NCBI GenBank assembly: GCA_964248365.1 | Contig: CAXTYC010000002.1 | Coordinates: 198,547-262,546, forward strand | DNA length: 64,000 nt | Reading direction: 5' to 3' | From: an uncultured Chroococcidiopsis sp. | GTDB taxonomy: Bacteria > Cyanobacteriota > Cyanobacteriia > Cyanobacteriales > Chroococcidiopsidaceae | Shown here: one piece after another, positions 44,202 to 55,030 of the stretch | Position numbering within the stretch: the first letter of the stretch is position 1 | How the letters are laid out: each line of letters opens with the position of its first letter | Made by a program: the position numbers and the translations under genes | Notes under the pieces: generated by a model | What the model was told of the DNA's origin: nothing | Seen by the model: only the letters and a program-made list of their open reading frames with translations | Database searches by the model: none

Positions 44202-45536
44202 ATGCTGCGAATCATTACTCAGCAGGCTGAAGTACGAGCAGAACTACAGCGGATCTGCGATCGCACTCACGACGACTCTGTAGCTCACAAAGAAGCGACG
44301 GTTCGGGAGGTGCTTCAAGCCGTGAAGCGCCAAGGAGACCGCGCCGTATTGCACTATACCGCAGAATTCGATCATCAAACTCTTAAACCAGAAGACCTGC
44401 GTGTCAGCGGCTCGGAACTGGATGCAGCTTATCAGCAGGTTTCTAAAGATTTATTAAGCGCGATTAAGTTGGCTTGTCGCCAAATTGAAGCTTTTCACCG
44501 CCAGCGCATTCCCAAATCCTGGGTTCAGTTTGGAGATGATGAAGTGGTATTAGGCAAGCGCTACACTCCAGTGGACCGAGCAGGATTATACATTCCTGGG
44601 GGTCGAGGTGCGTATCCCAGTAGCGTCCTGATGAACGCGATTCCAGCTAAGGTGGCAGGAGTACCGCGCCGAGTAATGGTAACGCCGCCAGGAATAGGTA
44701 AGTCAATTAATCCAACTGTCTTAGTTGCGGCACAAGAAGCAGGGGTAGAAGAAATATATCGCGTTGGAGGCGCTCAAGCGATCGCGGCTTTAGCTTATGG
44801 AACAGAAACGATTCCTAAAGTTAACGTGATCACAGGTCCTGGTAACATTTATGTAACTTTGGCAAAAAAACTCGTATACGGCACAGTTGGGATTGACTCG
44901 TTAGCAGGACCTTCAGAAGTGCTGATTATCGCTGACGAAAGTGCTAATCCGGTGTATGTGGCAGCTGATTTATTGGCGCAGGCAGAACACGATCCAATGG
45001 CAGCGGCAATTTTATTGACAACGGATGCGAGTTTAGCTAAAAGTGTACAAGTTGCGATTGAGCGGCAGCTAGTAGATCATCCACGCCGAACTTTAACCGA
45101 GAAAGCGATCGCGCACTACGGCTTAATTGTTGTCGTAGACTCACTAATCGCCGCCGCCGAACTGTCAAATGAATTCGCTCCCGAACACCTGGAACTAGAA
45201 GTAGCTGACCCTTGGGCGTTACTCGAACATATTCGCCATGCAGGAGCCATTTTCCTTGGTTGTGCTACACCCGAAGCGGTGGGAGACTATCTGGCAGGAC
45301 CTAATCATACCCTGCCTACTTCTGGTGCTGCCCGCTACGCTTCTGCTCTAGGTGTAGAAACCTTCCTCAAACACTCTAGTATCATCGAGTACTCACCAAC
45401 AGCACTCCAAAAAGTAGCTGGTGCAATTGACACATTAGCAACAGCGGAGGGCTTGCATTCCCATGCTCAGTCTGTAAGACTGCGGATGCAAGGGTTAGAA
45501 ACTGATCAATGGGAACTTGGAACAAAGGGACAATGA
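44202..45536 (+). CDS. hisD: Histidinol dehydrogenase
   Basis: GLYIPGG, GPGNIYV, IDSLAGPSE, AQAEHD, APEHL, GPNHTLPT. Confidence 0.97.
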   Translation: MLRIITQQAEVRAELQRICDRTHDDSVAHKEATVREVLQAVKRQGDRAVLHYTAEFDHQTLKPEDLRVSGSELDAAYQQVSKDLLSAIKLACRQIEAFHRQRIPKSWVQFGDDEVVLGKRYTPVDRAGLYIPGGRGAYPSSVLMNAIPAKVAGVPRRVMVTPPGIGKSINPTVLVAAQEAGVEEIYRVGGAQAIAALAYGTETIPKVNVITGPGNIYVTLAKKLVYGTVGIDSLAGPSEVLIIADESANPVYVAADLLAQAEHDPMAAAILLTTDASLAKSVQVAIERQLVDHPRRTLTEKAIAHYGLIVVVDSLIAAAELSNEFAPEHLELEVADPWALLEHIRHAGAIFLGCATPEAVGDYLAGPNHTLPTSGAARYASALGVETFLKHSSIIEYSPTALQKVAGAIDTLATAEGLHSHAQSVRLRMQGLETDQWELGTKGQ

Positions 45537-45573
45537 CCCTTAGCCCTAGGAAAGCACAAAGGAGGTTTGGGCA

Positions 45574-45999
45574 GTGCTAAAAACAGTAGTGGTAGCTCTT
45601 GACGGTTCAGAAACTCAAGCACGGGTAATTCACACTCTTGAAGAACTCCAACTTCAACCTACGACAAAAATTATCCTCTCTCATGTCATCTGCCCGCCAG
45701 AGATGGACGAGGAATTAGTTGCTGACCGTCCCCAAACTGGTTTTGAGGGTTCTCCTTATTTACATATGGAAAAGCAACTGCAATCCTACCAAGCGCGATT
45801 ACCTGGAGAAAGCGCATTAGAGGTTGTAACTGGCGACCCAGCTGAAGAAATTATTCGCCTTGCTAATATTTACCAAGCTGACCTGATTGTAATTGGCAGT
45901 CGCGGTTTAACGGGTGTGAAACGAATTATTCAGGGTTCTGTCAGTAGTCAAGTGGTTGAAAATGCTCATTGTTCTGTGTTGGTGGTGAAAACTGCCTAA
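45574..45999 (+). CDS. Universal stress protein
   Basis: VVALDGS, GDPAEEII, DLIVIGSRG, GSVS, CSVLVV. Confidence 0.92.
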   Translation: MLKTVVVALDGSETQARVIHTLEELQLQPTTKIILSHVICPPEMDEELVADRPQTGFEGSPYLHMEKQLQSYQARLPGESALEVVTGDPAEEIIRLANIYQADLIVIGSRGLTGVKRIIQGSVSSQVVENAHCSVLVVKTA

Positions 46000-46339
46000 T
46001 AGTGGCAAGTGGCAAGGGGTGAGTAAAGGAGGGTAGCCACAAATATTCTCGTAGGTTAATTTTTCCTTGTGGGCTAAATATTATTCCTTCTTGTTCGAGG
46101 AGCGATCGCTGCAAGTAGTCTGCACCATGTCGTAAAGATGAGTAGGATATCTCGCCTTTGGCATTAATCACTCGATGCCAGGGAACATCAGATGAGCGCG
46201 TATCCACACGGTAGAGAGCATAACCCACCTGACGCGCTTTACCATAGAGATTTGCCAAGTCTGCCACCTGTCCATAGGTTGCTACTTTTCCCTGGGGAAT
46301 TTGACGCACTATTTGGTAGATCTTCTCATAGGTAGACAC
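45941..46339 (-). CDS. Alkyltransferase-like (ATL/MGMT family) protein
   Basis: IPQGKVATYGQVA, ARQVG, PWHRV (Trp in place of the catalytic Cys). Confidence 0.88.
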   Translation of the reverse strand: MSTYEKIYQIVRQIPQGKVATYGQVADLANLYGKARQVGYALYRVDTRSSDVPWHRVINAKGEISYSSLRHGADYLQRSLLEQEGIIFSPQGKINLREYLWLPSFTHPLPLATIRQFSPPTQNNEHFQPLDY

Positions 46340-46537
46340 TGGTATAGACTCCTAATTTTGAAATCTTAATAACTGCTCTAATATGAAGGTTGAATTTGTG
46401 ACTGATAAGTAAAATCTGGCAGTATTGCGTTATCTGGATAATTCAACAAGCTAACTCATTACCATCATAGGTCTAGGTACGAGCAGCTATAATACGGCTT
46501 TCTCAAGCCGACAAATTCAAACACCTCATATTCACCT

Positions 46538-47440
46538 GTGCAAGGTTTTATCAATTTAAATAAATCAGTTGGATTCACTTCTCACGACTGCGTAGCGCGT
46601 GTTAGAAGGCTACTGCGCTCGTCAAAGGTAGGACACGGTGGTACTTTAGATCCAGCTGCTAGTGGTGTTTTACCAATTGCTGTGGGAAAGGCGACACGCC
46701 TATTACAATTTCTCAGTCAGGATAAGGCTTACCGAGCAACAATAAAGTTAGGTATTACTACTACAACTGATGATCTCGAAGGAGAAATTATTGCCTCGCA
46801 ACCAGCAACAGGGTTGAGCTTAGAGCAGGTTGTATCAGTATTGCCCCGCTTTCAAGGCAAGATTGTACAGGTTCCACCTCAATACAGTGCAATTCAGGTG
46901 CAGGGAAAACGACTGTATGATTTGGCAAGGGCTGGAGAGCAAGTAGAAGTTCCAGCCCGAACAGTTGACATATTTAAGATTGAAATATTGGATTGGCGAG
47001 CAGGGGAGTTTCCGCAATTAGATGTAGAAATTGCTTGTGGAGGGGGAACATATATTCGAGCGATCGCCCGTGATCTTGGTGTAGCCTTACAAACTGGTGG
47101 TACTCTTGCTGCTTTAACACGCATTAGTAGCAGTGGCTTTGACTTAGTAGATAGCCACAGTTTAGATGAATTAGAAGCTCAGGTAACACAAGGAACCTGG
47201 AAACCGATTTCACCCACCTTTGCGTTACAACATCTACAAGCTATTACCTTACCATCAGCAGTTGCCCTGAAGTGGTGTCAAGGTCAGCGGATTTGCTGGA
47301 ATGATAACCTTACTACTGCTATCGACACGCCCTGCCGAATTTACGACGAAAGCGATCGCTTTTTGGGCATTGGCAGTTTAGTTATATCAGAGGCTGTGCC
47401 GTTATTAATTCCGCAAATGGTCTATGCCCCTATGGGATAG
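46538..47440 (+). CDS. truB: tRNA pseudouridine(55) synthase
   Basis: GHGGTLDPAASGVL, TTTDDLEG, PPQYSA, GTYIRAIARD. Confidence 0.97.
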   Translation: MQGFINLNKSVGFTSHDCVARVRRLLRSSKVGHGGTLDPAASGVLPIAVGKATRLLQFLSQDKAYRATIKLGITTTTDDLEGEIIASQPATGLSLEQVVSVLPRFQGKIVQVPPQYSAIQVQGKRLYDLARAGEQVEVPARTVDIFKIEILDWRAGEFPQLDVEIACGGGTYIRAIARDLGVALQTGGTLAALTRISSSGFDLVDSHSLDELEAQVTQGTWKPISPTFALQHLQAITLPSAVALKWCQGQRICWNDNLTTAIDTPCRIYDESDRFLGIGSLVISEAVPLLIPQMVYAPMG

Positions 47441-47576
47441 TTATGTATCATATTAGAATTTATTTGTCAAGAAATAGAGTTATTTTCACTTGTAGTAGTA
47501 ACCCAACGAACGAGGTGGAGCCTCTATTTTCTCGTTCCTAGGCTCAGCCTAGGAACAAGTAGATCTGCTCTTTGGT

Positions 47577-48065
47577 TTAGAAAGTTTCTGCGCCCCAACC
47601 AGGAGCCTTTTGCGCTGCTGTCAAAATAAAAGCTGCTAAATTTTCCACTTCTTGTCTGGGCATCCAGCTTTCAGGCACTTCGCGGCAGTTGTAGGTTTCT
47701 TCACTGCCATCGTAGGTCATTGGCTGCCGGAAGTAAGCAACTAAGCTGCTGATATTATCACGGGGAGGATTAGCACCTTTGAGCGTTTCCAGGGTGAGTG
47801 ATACGAGTGGATTTGGCAAAGTTGATCCACCTACATGACAGCCGATGCAGTTGGCTTGAAACAACTGTTTACCCTGAGACAATTGTGCTGGTGAAAAAGA
47901 GCGTGTTTCGCTTCCATCAAAGTCTAGGGCGATTGGCTCAGTCACACGCAAAAACCTAGCCACATAAGGATCAATGGCAGCTTGGGCAGGAGAACTGGGT
48001 AGGAATAAGACCCAGACTATTGCCAGAATTATTAATAAACGGCGGCAGAATAATCGGTTTAGCAT
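47577..48065 (-). CDS. psbV2: Cytochrome PsbV2
   Basis: Signal peptide, CIGCH heme motif, TYDGSE..NCREV; directly downstream of psbV. Confidence 0.88.
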   Translation of the reverse strand: MLNRLFCRRLLIILAIVWVLFLPSSPAQAAIDPYVARFLRVTEPIALDFDGSETRSFSPAQLSQGKQLFQANCIGCHVGGSTLPNPLVSLTLETLKGANPPRDNISSLVAYFRQPMTYDGSEETYNCREVPESWMPRQEVENLAAFILTAAQKAPGWGAETF

Positions 48066-48207
48066 TGCGGGGCAACCTATAGTGACTAGTGACTGGTGGC
48101 TAGTGACTAGAAGTAGTAACTGGTGACTGGAAAAATAAACCCAAACTGCCAGAAATGGTAATTCTAGCCACTAGCCACTAACCACTAGCCACTCTTATAC
48201 TGATGAC

Positions 48208-48699
48208 TTAATAGTAGATCTTGCCACCTCCCCACCTTGAGCCTATGAGCTTCGGTTGTAGTAGGATATGACCTGCGATCGCTTGCAAATCCTCATCCCG
48301 CAGGTTTCTCATAGCTGGGTAGATATCGGCACTCTTGGTGCTGGGGTGTAATTCCGCGATTTCTTCTTCCCCATCGTAAGTTGTGGGATTTTTCATATAA
48401 TCCACCAAACCCTCAAGGTTATTACGATTTGGTGTAGCTAGGGAGAGAGTTTCGGGATCGAGTCCCACATTCTGGTTTGTCTTAGTAATACCCCCAGCAT
48501 GACACTGGGCGCAGGCGTAGTTAAATAAGCGTTTGCCTTCTTGGACTTGTTTGAGGCTAAGTACCGTCGTGTCACCTTTGTCATTTAGTGGCACTGTACG
48601 GGCGGCTTCGCTCAGTTCGACGGCGGCGGCGCTACCAACAACTAGCCCAAACGCTAACAACATAATCGTCATTGCTAGCCCGATCAATCTTTTTAACAT
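48208..48699 (-). CDS. psbV: Photosystem II cytochrome c-550
   Basis: CAQCH, PTTYDG, HPS, C-terminal WGGGKIYY. Confidence 0.97.
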   Translation of the reverse strand: MLKRLIGLAMTIMLLAFGLVVGSAAAVELSEAARTVPLNDKGDTTVLSLKQVQEGKRLFNYACAQCHAGGITKTNQNVGLDPETLSLATPNRNNLEGLVDYMKNPTTYDGEEEIAELHPSTKSADIYPAMRNLRDEDLQAIAGHILLQPKLIGSRWGGGKIYY

Positions 48700-48768
48700 G
48701 GTTCTCCTGAAATTTGGATACTCAACACAGCTTCAAATACGCTTTTCTCAATCTCCTCCACCATTTCA

Positions 48769-48963
48769 TTAATCACCATTAGTGCTAGAGGGATGTTTTT
48801 GGGACAAAATTTCGGAAATGATTGCCTTGGCATCTTCTAGTGCTAGACGGGTTTGAGGGTTTTTATAAGCAATTCCCAATTGATCGCACAAAACGAGTAC
48901 CTCCTCTACTGGGAGGTTATAGTCCGCTGCGATTTCTGCAATGGACAAATCAGCAAAACCCAT
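48769..48963 (-). CDS. Small conserved protein resembling the IF-2 N-terminal domain
   Basis: MGFADLSIAEIAADY...LCDQLGIAYK...RLALEDAK (64 aa). Confidence 0.7.
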   Translation of the reverse strand: MGFADLSIAEIAADYNLPVEEVLVLCDQLGIAYKNPQTRLALEDAKAIISEILSQKHPSSTNGD

Positions 48964-49211
48964 AATGAATGATTGTTTAGTAAAAGTTAGAGATTGAGCT
49001 GCTCTAATATGAATATCATGTCGTGTGTACCATTTGTTTCCCAAACCCTATATTAGGCATAGATTTCGCTACCCCCGCTAGGGCTAGAAGAGGGGCTAGG
49101 GGCTAGGGGCTAGGGGTTAGAGGAACCAGGGCTAGAGGCTAGAGGCTAGAGGCTATAAATATTATCTCCCTTTTGCTCCCTTTTGCTCCCTTTTGCTCCC
49201 CCTGCTCTCTT

Positions 49212-50168
49212 CTAGCTCCTAGCCCCTAGTCCCTCACCCAGAGCCATTGCCTCGAAATGCACTAGATTGGGTGCAGTGGTGAGCGGTTGGTGTAGAGCGA
49301 TCAGCTGTGCCAAGGTTTTCTTAAGTTGAGTGCGGGGAACGATCGCATCGACAAAACCGTGATGCAGCAGATCTTCTGCTGTCTGAAACTCTTCGGGTAG
49401 CTTTTCTCGCAGAGTTTGTTCAATGACTCGACGACCTGCAAAACCAATTGTTGCCTTTGGTTCTGCCAAAATAATATCACCCAACATGGCAAAGCTGGCG
49501 GTAACGCCTCCAGTTGTAGGATTAGTCAAAACCGGAATGTAGAGCAGCCCAGCACTACGGTGGTATTCTAGAGCAGCAGATATTTTCGCCATCTGCATCA
49601 AACTGAGCATACCTTCTTGCATCCTAGCTCCACCGGAAGCACAAACGATAATCACCGGATAACGCTTTTGTGTTGCTTGCTCGATTAAGCGCGTCAGCTT
49701 TTCTCCTACGACCGATCCCATGCTACCGCCCATAAACCGGAAGTCCATCACTCCCAGGGCGACTGGTAAACCGTCAAGCTTGCCAAAACCTGTTTGGACA
49801 GCATCGACTAAACCAGTTTTTTGCTGAGTTTCGCGCAAGCGATCGCTATAAGCTTTGCGATCGCGGAATTGCAGTGGATCGGATGGAAACAAATTTTCAT
49901 CTATTGGTTTCCAAGTATTAGCATCAATCAGCTGATGTATCCGTTCATTGCTATCCACCCGTAGATGATGTCCGCACTCCAGACAAACCATCTGATTTGC
50001 CATCAGGTCTTTGTTATATGCCAAATCACCACAATTCGGGCATTTGTTCCATAATCCATCAGCAATATCACGCTCTTGACGTTCTCGGTTCATCGAACCG
50101 GATTTTCGTCGATTTGCGAACCAATCAAACAGAGACATTAAACCGCGTGATTCGTCGTTATTAGCCAT
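49212..50168 (-). CDS. accD: Acetyl-CoA carboxylase carboxyltransferase beta
   Basis: CPNC...CLEC Zn finger, [28 protein letters not shown]. Confidence 0.98.
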   Translation of the reverse strand: MANNDESRGLMSLFDWFANRRKSGSMNRERQERDIADGLWNKCPNCGDLAYNKDLMANQMVCLECGHHLRVDSNERIHQLIDANTWKPIDENLFPSDPLQFRDRKAYSDRLRETQQKTGLVDAVQTGFGKLDGLPVALGVMDFRFMGGSMGSVVGEKLTRLIEQATQKRYPVIIVCASGGARMQEGMLSLMQMAKISAALEYHRSAGLLYIPVLTNPTTGGVTASFAMLGDIILAEPKATIGFAGRRVIEQTLREKLPEEFQTAEDLLHHGFVDAIVPRTQLKKTLAQLIALHQPLTTAPNLVHFEAMALGEGLGARS

Positions 50169-50319
50169 TTATTATCTTATTATTCAAGCGCAGGTGAGAG
50201 GGGCTATAAAAAAGGGAAAAGGGAAAAGGGAAAAGGGAATCAATTATCAATTATCAATTGATAATTGTTTATTGTTCATTGTTAATTACTTCATACTTCA
50301 CACTTCATACTTCATACTT

Positions 50320-50529
50320 TCATTGCTCCTCCTCGATGGGACTTAATAGTAGTAGTGAAGTCCAGCGATCTTGTGGATGTACTTGCAAAGCAGCTGGGCT
50401 TCCTGTACCGAAATAGCAAGCAATTCCCAAATCTAAAATCCGCGTTGGTATATTGTGAGCAGCCAGCAACTGTTGCATCAGCTCTGCTTCCCAACGAGTA
50501 CTTGTGGTTTTTAGTGTAATCCAAGTCAC
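50320..50529 (-). CDS. Small conserved protein (DUF2007-like)
   Basis: WITLKTT..RWEAELMQQLLAAHNIP...LQVHPQD; co-oriented between pilD and accD. Confidence 0.65.
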   Translation of the reverse strand: MTWITLKTTSTRWEAELMQQLLAAHNIPTRILDLGIACYFGTGSPAALQVHPQDRWTSLLLLSPIEEEQ

Positions 50530-50687
50530 ACGCTCATCTTACCAGAGTAAGGGGGACTAGAGGCTAGGGGCTAGGGACTAGGGTAATTTTAGATTTTAGA
50601 ATTTGGATTGGCTTTTCTCCCCATGCTTTATTTCCCCTTTAGCTCCCTCAGTTCCCCTAGCCTCTAGTCTCTAGCCCCTAGTCCCTA

Positions 50688-51509
50688 TTAAAGAGTTGGA
50701 AATACGAAGCGGAGGTAAGTTGATAAAATTGCCTCACCTCCAAACAGAGTAATTATTGCGGCTAGGGCGAGAAAGGGACCAAAAGGCATTGGTTGTCGCC
50801 GACTGATTAATTTTAAAGCGATCGCGCCTCCACCCACAAACGCACCCAATGCACAAGCCAAAAAACTTGTCAATAGCAAATATTTCCAGCCTAACCAAGC
50901 TCCCAACATCGCTGCTAACTTAGCATCTCCCCCACCCATTGCAGCTTGTCCAAGGGTGATTGAACCTGCAATGGCGATCGCGTCAAACAACCATATACCT
51001 AACACAGCCCCCATAATACCCAACATCAGTTGGTCAATAGCTCCCACCCAACCACTTTGCAGCCCAAAGCCGACAAATAACTGAAACACCAAACCAATAA
51101 TCAACCCTGATTTTGTGAGTGGATTTGGCAGTATCATAGTATCTAAATCAATCAGCGATAATGCTAGCAACTGGCTAGCAAATATCCAATAACCCAACGT
51201 TTGAATTGATAAATCAAACCTTGAGAAAACTAGCAAAAATAATATACCTGTTGCTGCTTCTACTAACGGATAACGAATAGAAATTGGACTTTTACAGTGA
51301 CGACAACGTCCCCTTAACCATAGCCACCCTAAGACAGGCACATTTTCTTGATTACCTAACGTATGCAAACAATGGGGACAGCGAGAACGAGGTCGAATAA
51401 CTGACAATCCAGCAGGCAAACGATAAACTACAACATTAATAAAACTACCAATAGATGCTCCTAATACAAACACAATTACCGCCGCCGAAAGGGTAATTAG
51501 ACTATCCAT
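50688..51509 (-). CDS. pilD: Prepilin peptidase/N-methyltransferase
   Basis: GSFINVVVYRLP, CPHC...CRHC, LIDLD, MGGGDAKL, PFGPFL. Confidence 0.95.
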   Translation of the reverse strand: MDSLITLSAAVIVFVLGASIGSFINVVVYRLPAGLSVIRPRSRCPHCLHTLGNQENVPVLGWLWLRGRCRHCKSPISIRYPLVEAATGILFLLVFSRFDLSIQTLGYWIFASQLLALSLIDLDTMILPNPLTKSGLIIGLVFQLFVGFGLQSGWVGAIDQLMLGIMGAVLGIWLFDAIAIAGSITLGQAAMGGGDAKLAAMLGAWLGWKYLLLTSFLACALGAFVGGGAIALKLISRRQPMPFGPFLALAAIITLFGGEAILSTYLRFVFPTL

Positions 51510-51765
51510 AAAGATTTACTCTTTTAGCGTGAATAATACTTATGTTGGCAGCAGGGGAGTTTCGGGTGCAGGGGACAGAGGGGGAAAATTGTTAATTTAT
51601 ACTTTTTGCTTTACCCTTTACCCTCGCATCAAGCTACAAAAACTCTTAGCGCCTTTGCGTCTTTGCGCGACAAAAATCTAAAATTAATTTGCTAATAGCT
51701 AGTACGGACAGGTTGATCTGAAATCCTCATAAATTAACAGACAATTCAATTAAACCCGCCCCTAC

Positions 51766-51972
51766 TTAAGAAATTTCCGATTCTAGCTGACTTAGTGGCA
51801 CAAAATATTCTTGTGGCAAGAGAACTGGATGACTAGAAAAGAGAACTTTAGCTTGATAATTCAACTGATTAACTGCCACACCAGTCGGACGCTTAGCTGT
51901 GCTAGGATGTGCTTCACAGTAAGCTCGATAAGTTTTACGAGCGGCTTTCAGTAAAGCGGAGTCAATTAACAC
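51766..51972 (-). CDS. Small hypothetical protein
   Basis: 68-aa ORF co-oriented with leuB/pilD; RPTGVAVN...PVLLPQEYFVP. Confidence 0.6.
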   Translation of the reverse strand: MLIDSALLKAARKTYRAYCEAHPSTAKRPTGVAVNQLNYQAKVLFSSHPVLLPQEYFVPLSQLESEIS

Positions 51973-52097
51973 TGGGAGGTATAGGGGTTAGGTATGCTAT
52001 TGAAGCTTTCGCCATTTAGCATATACCACTAAATGGCTCTTTTTTTTTATTTAAAGCTTCTTACGTTATAGCTAGCAAAACTAGCTTTGTCACCATT

Positions 52098-53195
52098 TTA
52101 TGAATCTAGTTTTTCTAACACCTCGATTAGAGCTTCACCCATCGCTTGACAACCCAGTAGATTCATTCCTGGTGACATAATATCGCCAGTGCGATCGCCT
52201 CGATCCAAAACCTGCAACACCGCCTTTTCAATTCGCTGGGCAGCAACAGGCTGATTTAAACCATAGCGCAGCATCATCGCGGCACTTAAAACCTGTGCGA
52301 GGGGATTTGCTTTATCAAGTCCAGCAATATCCGGTGCAGAACCGTGAACGGGTTCAAATACCCCACCAGAAGAAGCGCCTAAACTAGCAGAAGGTAACAT
52401 CCCAATACTGCCTGTAAGCATAGCAGCAGCATCAGAAAGAATGTCACCAAATAAATTACCCGTGACGATTGTGTCGAACTGTTTGGGGTAACGTACAAGC
52501 TGCATAGCGGCGTTATCTACATACATATGAGAAAGTTCTACATTAGGATAATCTTCGTGTAGCTGGGTTATGCGATCGCGCCACAGTTGGGATACTTCTA
52601 ACACATTTGCTTTATCCACAGAGCAGAGTTTACCGCTTCTTTTTTGCGCTGTTTCAAACGCTACGCGCCCAATCCGGTCAATTTCCGACTGAGTATAAGC
52701 CATCGTATTCACTCCTCGCTTTTCCCCCGTCTCGGTGGCAAAAATCCCCTTGGGTTGACCAAAATAAACTCCCCCTGTCAACTCGCGCACCACCATAATA
52801 TCGACACCTTCTACCACCTCGCGCTTTAAGCTAGAAGCATCGATCAATTGAGGTAAAATCTTAGCAGGGCGCAAATTGGCAAATAGACCTAATCCGGCTC
52901 TCAGTCCCAAAAGTCCGGTTTCTGGGCGTAAATGGCGCGGTAAGTTATCCCACTTGTAACCACCAATGGCGGCTAGTAATACAGCATCGCTTTTGTGGCA
53001 CTTTTCCAAAGTTTCGGCGGGTAGGGGTTCGCCAGTAGCATCAATCGCCGCACCCCCGATCAGAGCTTGCTGAAATTCAAACTGTAAATTTAGTTGTTCC
53101 CCCACTACCTTTAGCACTTCTTGCGCCACTTGCATAATTTCCGGTCCAATGCCGTCGCCAGGTAAAAGAGTGATCAGGTATTGCTGCTGTGACAT
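52098..53195 (-). CDS. leuB: 3-isopropylmalate dehydrogenase
   Basis: [47 protein letters not shown]. Confidence 0.98.
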   Translation of the reverse strand: MSQQQYLITLLPGDGIGPEIMQVAQEVLKVVGEQLNLQFEFQQALIGGAAIDATGEPLPAETLEKCHKSDAVLLAAIGGYKWDNLPRHLRPETGLLGLRAGLGLFANLRPAKILPQLIDASSLKREVVEGVDIMVVRELTGGVYFGQPKGIFATETGEKRGVNTMAYTQSEIDRIGRVAFETAQKRSGKLCSVDKANVLEVSQLWRDRITQLHEDYPNVELSHMYVDNAAMQLVRYPKQFDTIVTGNLFGDILSDAAAMLTGSIGMLPSASLGASSGGVFEPVHGSAPDIAGLDKANPLAQVLSAAMMLRYGLNQPVAAQRIEKAVLQVLDRGDRTGDIMSPGMNLLGCQAMGEALIEVLEKLDS

Positions 53196-53306
53196 AGCTA
53201 GTGCGTGAAAAAGAGTTTATAGGGTTAATTATCGTAGTAGGACGTACATTTCTTTCTTTAGCAAGGGCATCCTAAGTATGATAAACCTCTTAGATTTATT
53301 TCATAA

Positions 53307-53669
53307 ATGATGAATGTTGTAAATTTCCTTCGAGCAATTGATGGACAGGCTGCTTTGTGTGCTGCTAATGGTCAATTTCTTGGGTTGGTTTCAAGCAATC
53401 AATTCCACCCACTCTCAATTTGTAATCCGAATGGTATGCATGGTAGTTCCTACCATGTAACTAGTGTGCAAAACCCGTACGGTATATATGGTGGTCCATA
53501 TGGATTGTATAGCCCCTACAACCCTTATTCTATTCAGCCGCCAGTCATTATCTACCAAAACCAGATTGTTTTAACGGTGAGTAAAAACCCGTATGCGATT
53601 AGCAATGTATCGGTTATAGATCCAGATATGCTATTTTCTATATACAACTCTGCTTCGCTACATAGGTAA
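53307..53669 (+). CDS. Hypothetical protein with Gly/Tyr/Ser/Pro-rich motif
   Basis: 120-aa ORF with GQFLG...SICNPNG.HGS...NPYGIYGGPYGLYSPYNPY..PPVI. Confidence 0.7.
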   Translation: MMNVVNFLRAIDGQAALCAANGQFLGLVSSNQFHPLSICNPNGMHGSSYHVTSVQNPYGIYGGPYGLYSPYNPYSIQPPVIIYQNQIVLTVSKNPYAISNVSVIDPDMLFSIYNSASLHR

Positions 53670-54059
53670 TATTGGGCATATTATTGAACCCTAGTAGTTA
53701 AATTGCTTAAGTTCTCAACTGTAAGATGGGCGATGCCCACCTTGTTTAGGTAGGCATTGGGGCTGTTAGAAGGCTAAGCTAACCGTGACGGCTGCGGTAT
53801 TAGTTACAGGATAATTAATTAGAAGCTTTTATAGAATTGACGATCGCTATGCCATCCCAGTGGGGTGTAGCGATTTTAACGTTCATTAGGAGATGCATCT
53901 CTCTAGCAACGATAAATTAGCAAAACCTTAATTATACTGCAAAAGTCATTTTGCAAGAGGTCTATTCCTGCAAAGAGGTGCGCCCTCTACAATAACTGAT
54001 TCCATCGGTTGGGAGTGAAAACTTCGCTCTTTTGTCTGCAATCTAGCTAATTACCCCTT

Positions 54060-54788
54060 CTACAACTCTTCCCCTAGCTCGCGCAGTCGTTGGGCTAGCT
54101 GTTCTGCCCGTTGCCGTTGGGCTTCTGCCCGTTGCCGTTCCACTTCTGCTTCGCTCAAAGTGCGATCGCCACTAGCATTGTACCAACTCAGAACTTCTCG
54201 CTCTAGTGGATCGTCCGGCAATCCACAGCGCCCGATTCCCAACCGAATCTCCGGCATCCAAAACGGTTCACCTATCTGAAGTTCGTAGACACCATTTACT
54301 AACTTATAGACCTCAAACGGCAAATGTTCATCTCGCTTCCAAAACTGCGGATTATAAACCACGTAGTACAGTACGCCCAACTGGGCATAAATTGTTAATT
54401 TTTCGTCATACTCGCCGCCTGGTGTTTGGGACACAACTTCCAAGGTCAAAATGGGCGGTACTCCATTTTCTTCCCACAGTACATAGCTCTTGCGCGACTT
54501 GCCTTTTTTACGGCGCTCAACTCCTAAGCTCAAAAAGCCATCGGGAACTACAGGCACTCTGGGATTTAAACCTGTGGTGTGATAAATTCCCATATCGACA
54601 CCCCAAAACCAATCATCCCGATGTTTCCAAACGTATTCCAACAGAAATAGCAGCACGTTGGGTACAAAATTTTGGTCTTCATTGTCCACGGGCAAATCGT
54701 CCGAATCGAGTAATTCGTCACTGGTGGGCAAGGCTTGTTTCACGTCAGATGGCAGCATAATCCCACTGCTTGGTTTGGTTGTTTTCAT
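54060..54788 (-). CDS. Uma2/DUF820 family PD-(D/E)xK-like protein
   Basis: VVPDGFLSLG, LEVVS, YDEKL..YA.LGVLYYVVYNP, C-terminal coiled coil ERQRAE. Confidence 0.9.
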   Translation of the reverse strand: MKTTKPSSGIMLPSDVKQALPTSDELLDSDDLPVDNEDQNFVPNVLLFLLEYVWKHRDDWFWGVDMGIYHTTGLNPRVPVVPDGFLSLGVERRKKGKSRKSYVLWEENGVPPILTLEVVSQTPGGEYDEKLTIYAQLGVLYYVVYNPQFWKRDEHLPFEVYKLVNGVYELQIGEPFWMPEIRLGIGRCGLPDDPLEREVLSWYNASGDRTLSEAEVERQRAEAQRQRAEQLAQRLRELGEEL

Positions 54789-55030
54789 TCTAGGTAGCTT
54801 TTGGAGCGATCGCCATCAGCCCTAACTAACGAAGCAACGTAAGAAGCGCAAATGCTTAAGTGAGGAAAATTGCAGCTACTGTGTGATGAATGCACACTGA
54901 AATTAGAAGTTCCATAGCTTGCATTACACTAGTTAGCATTTAACCCTACTGACAAAGTAGATCTTAGAGAGCTAAGCTAACCCTAAAGTTGCACTGCCAA
55001 ACTAATATTTTTACTCAAACCTCAGCACAC

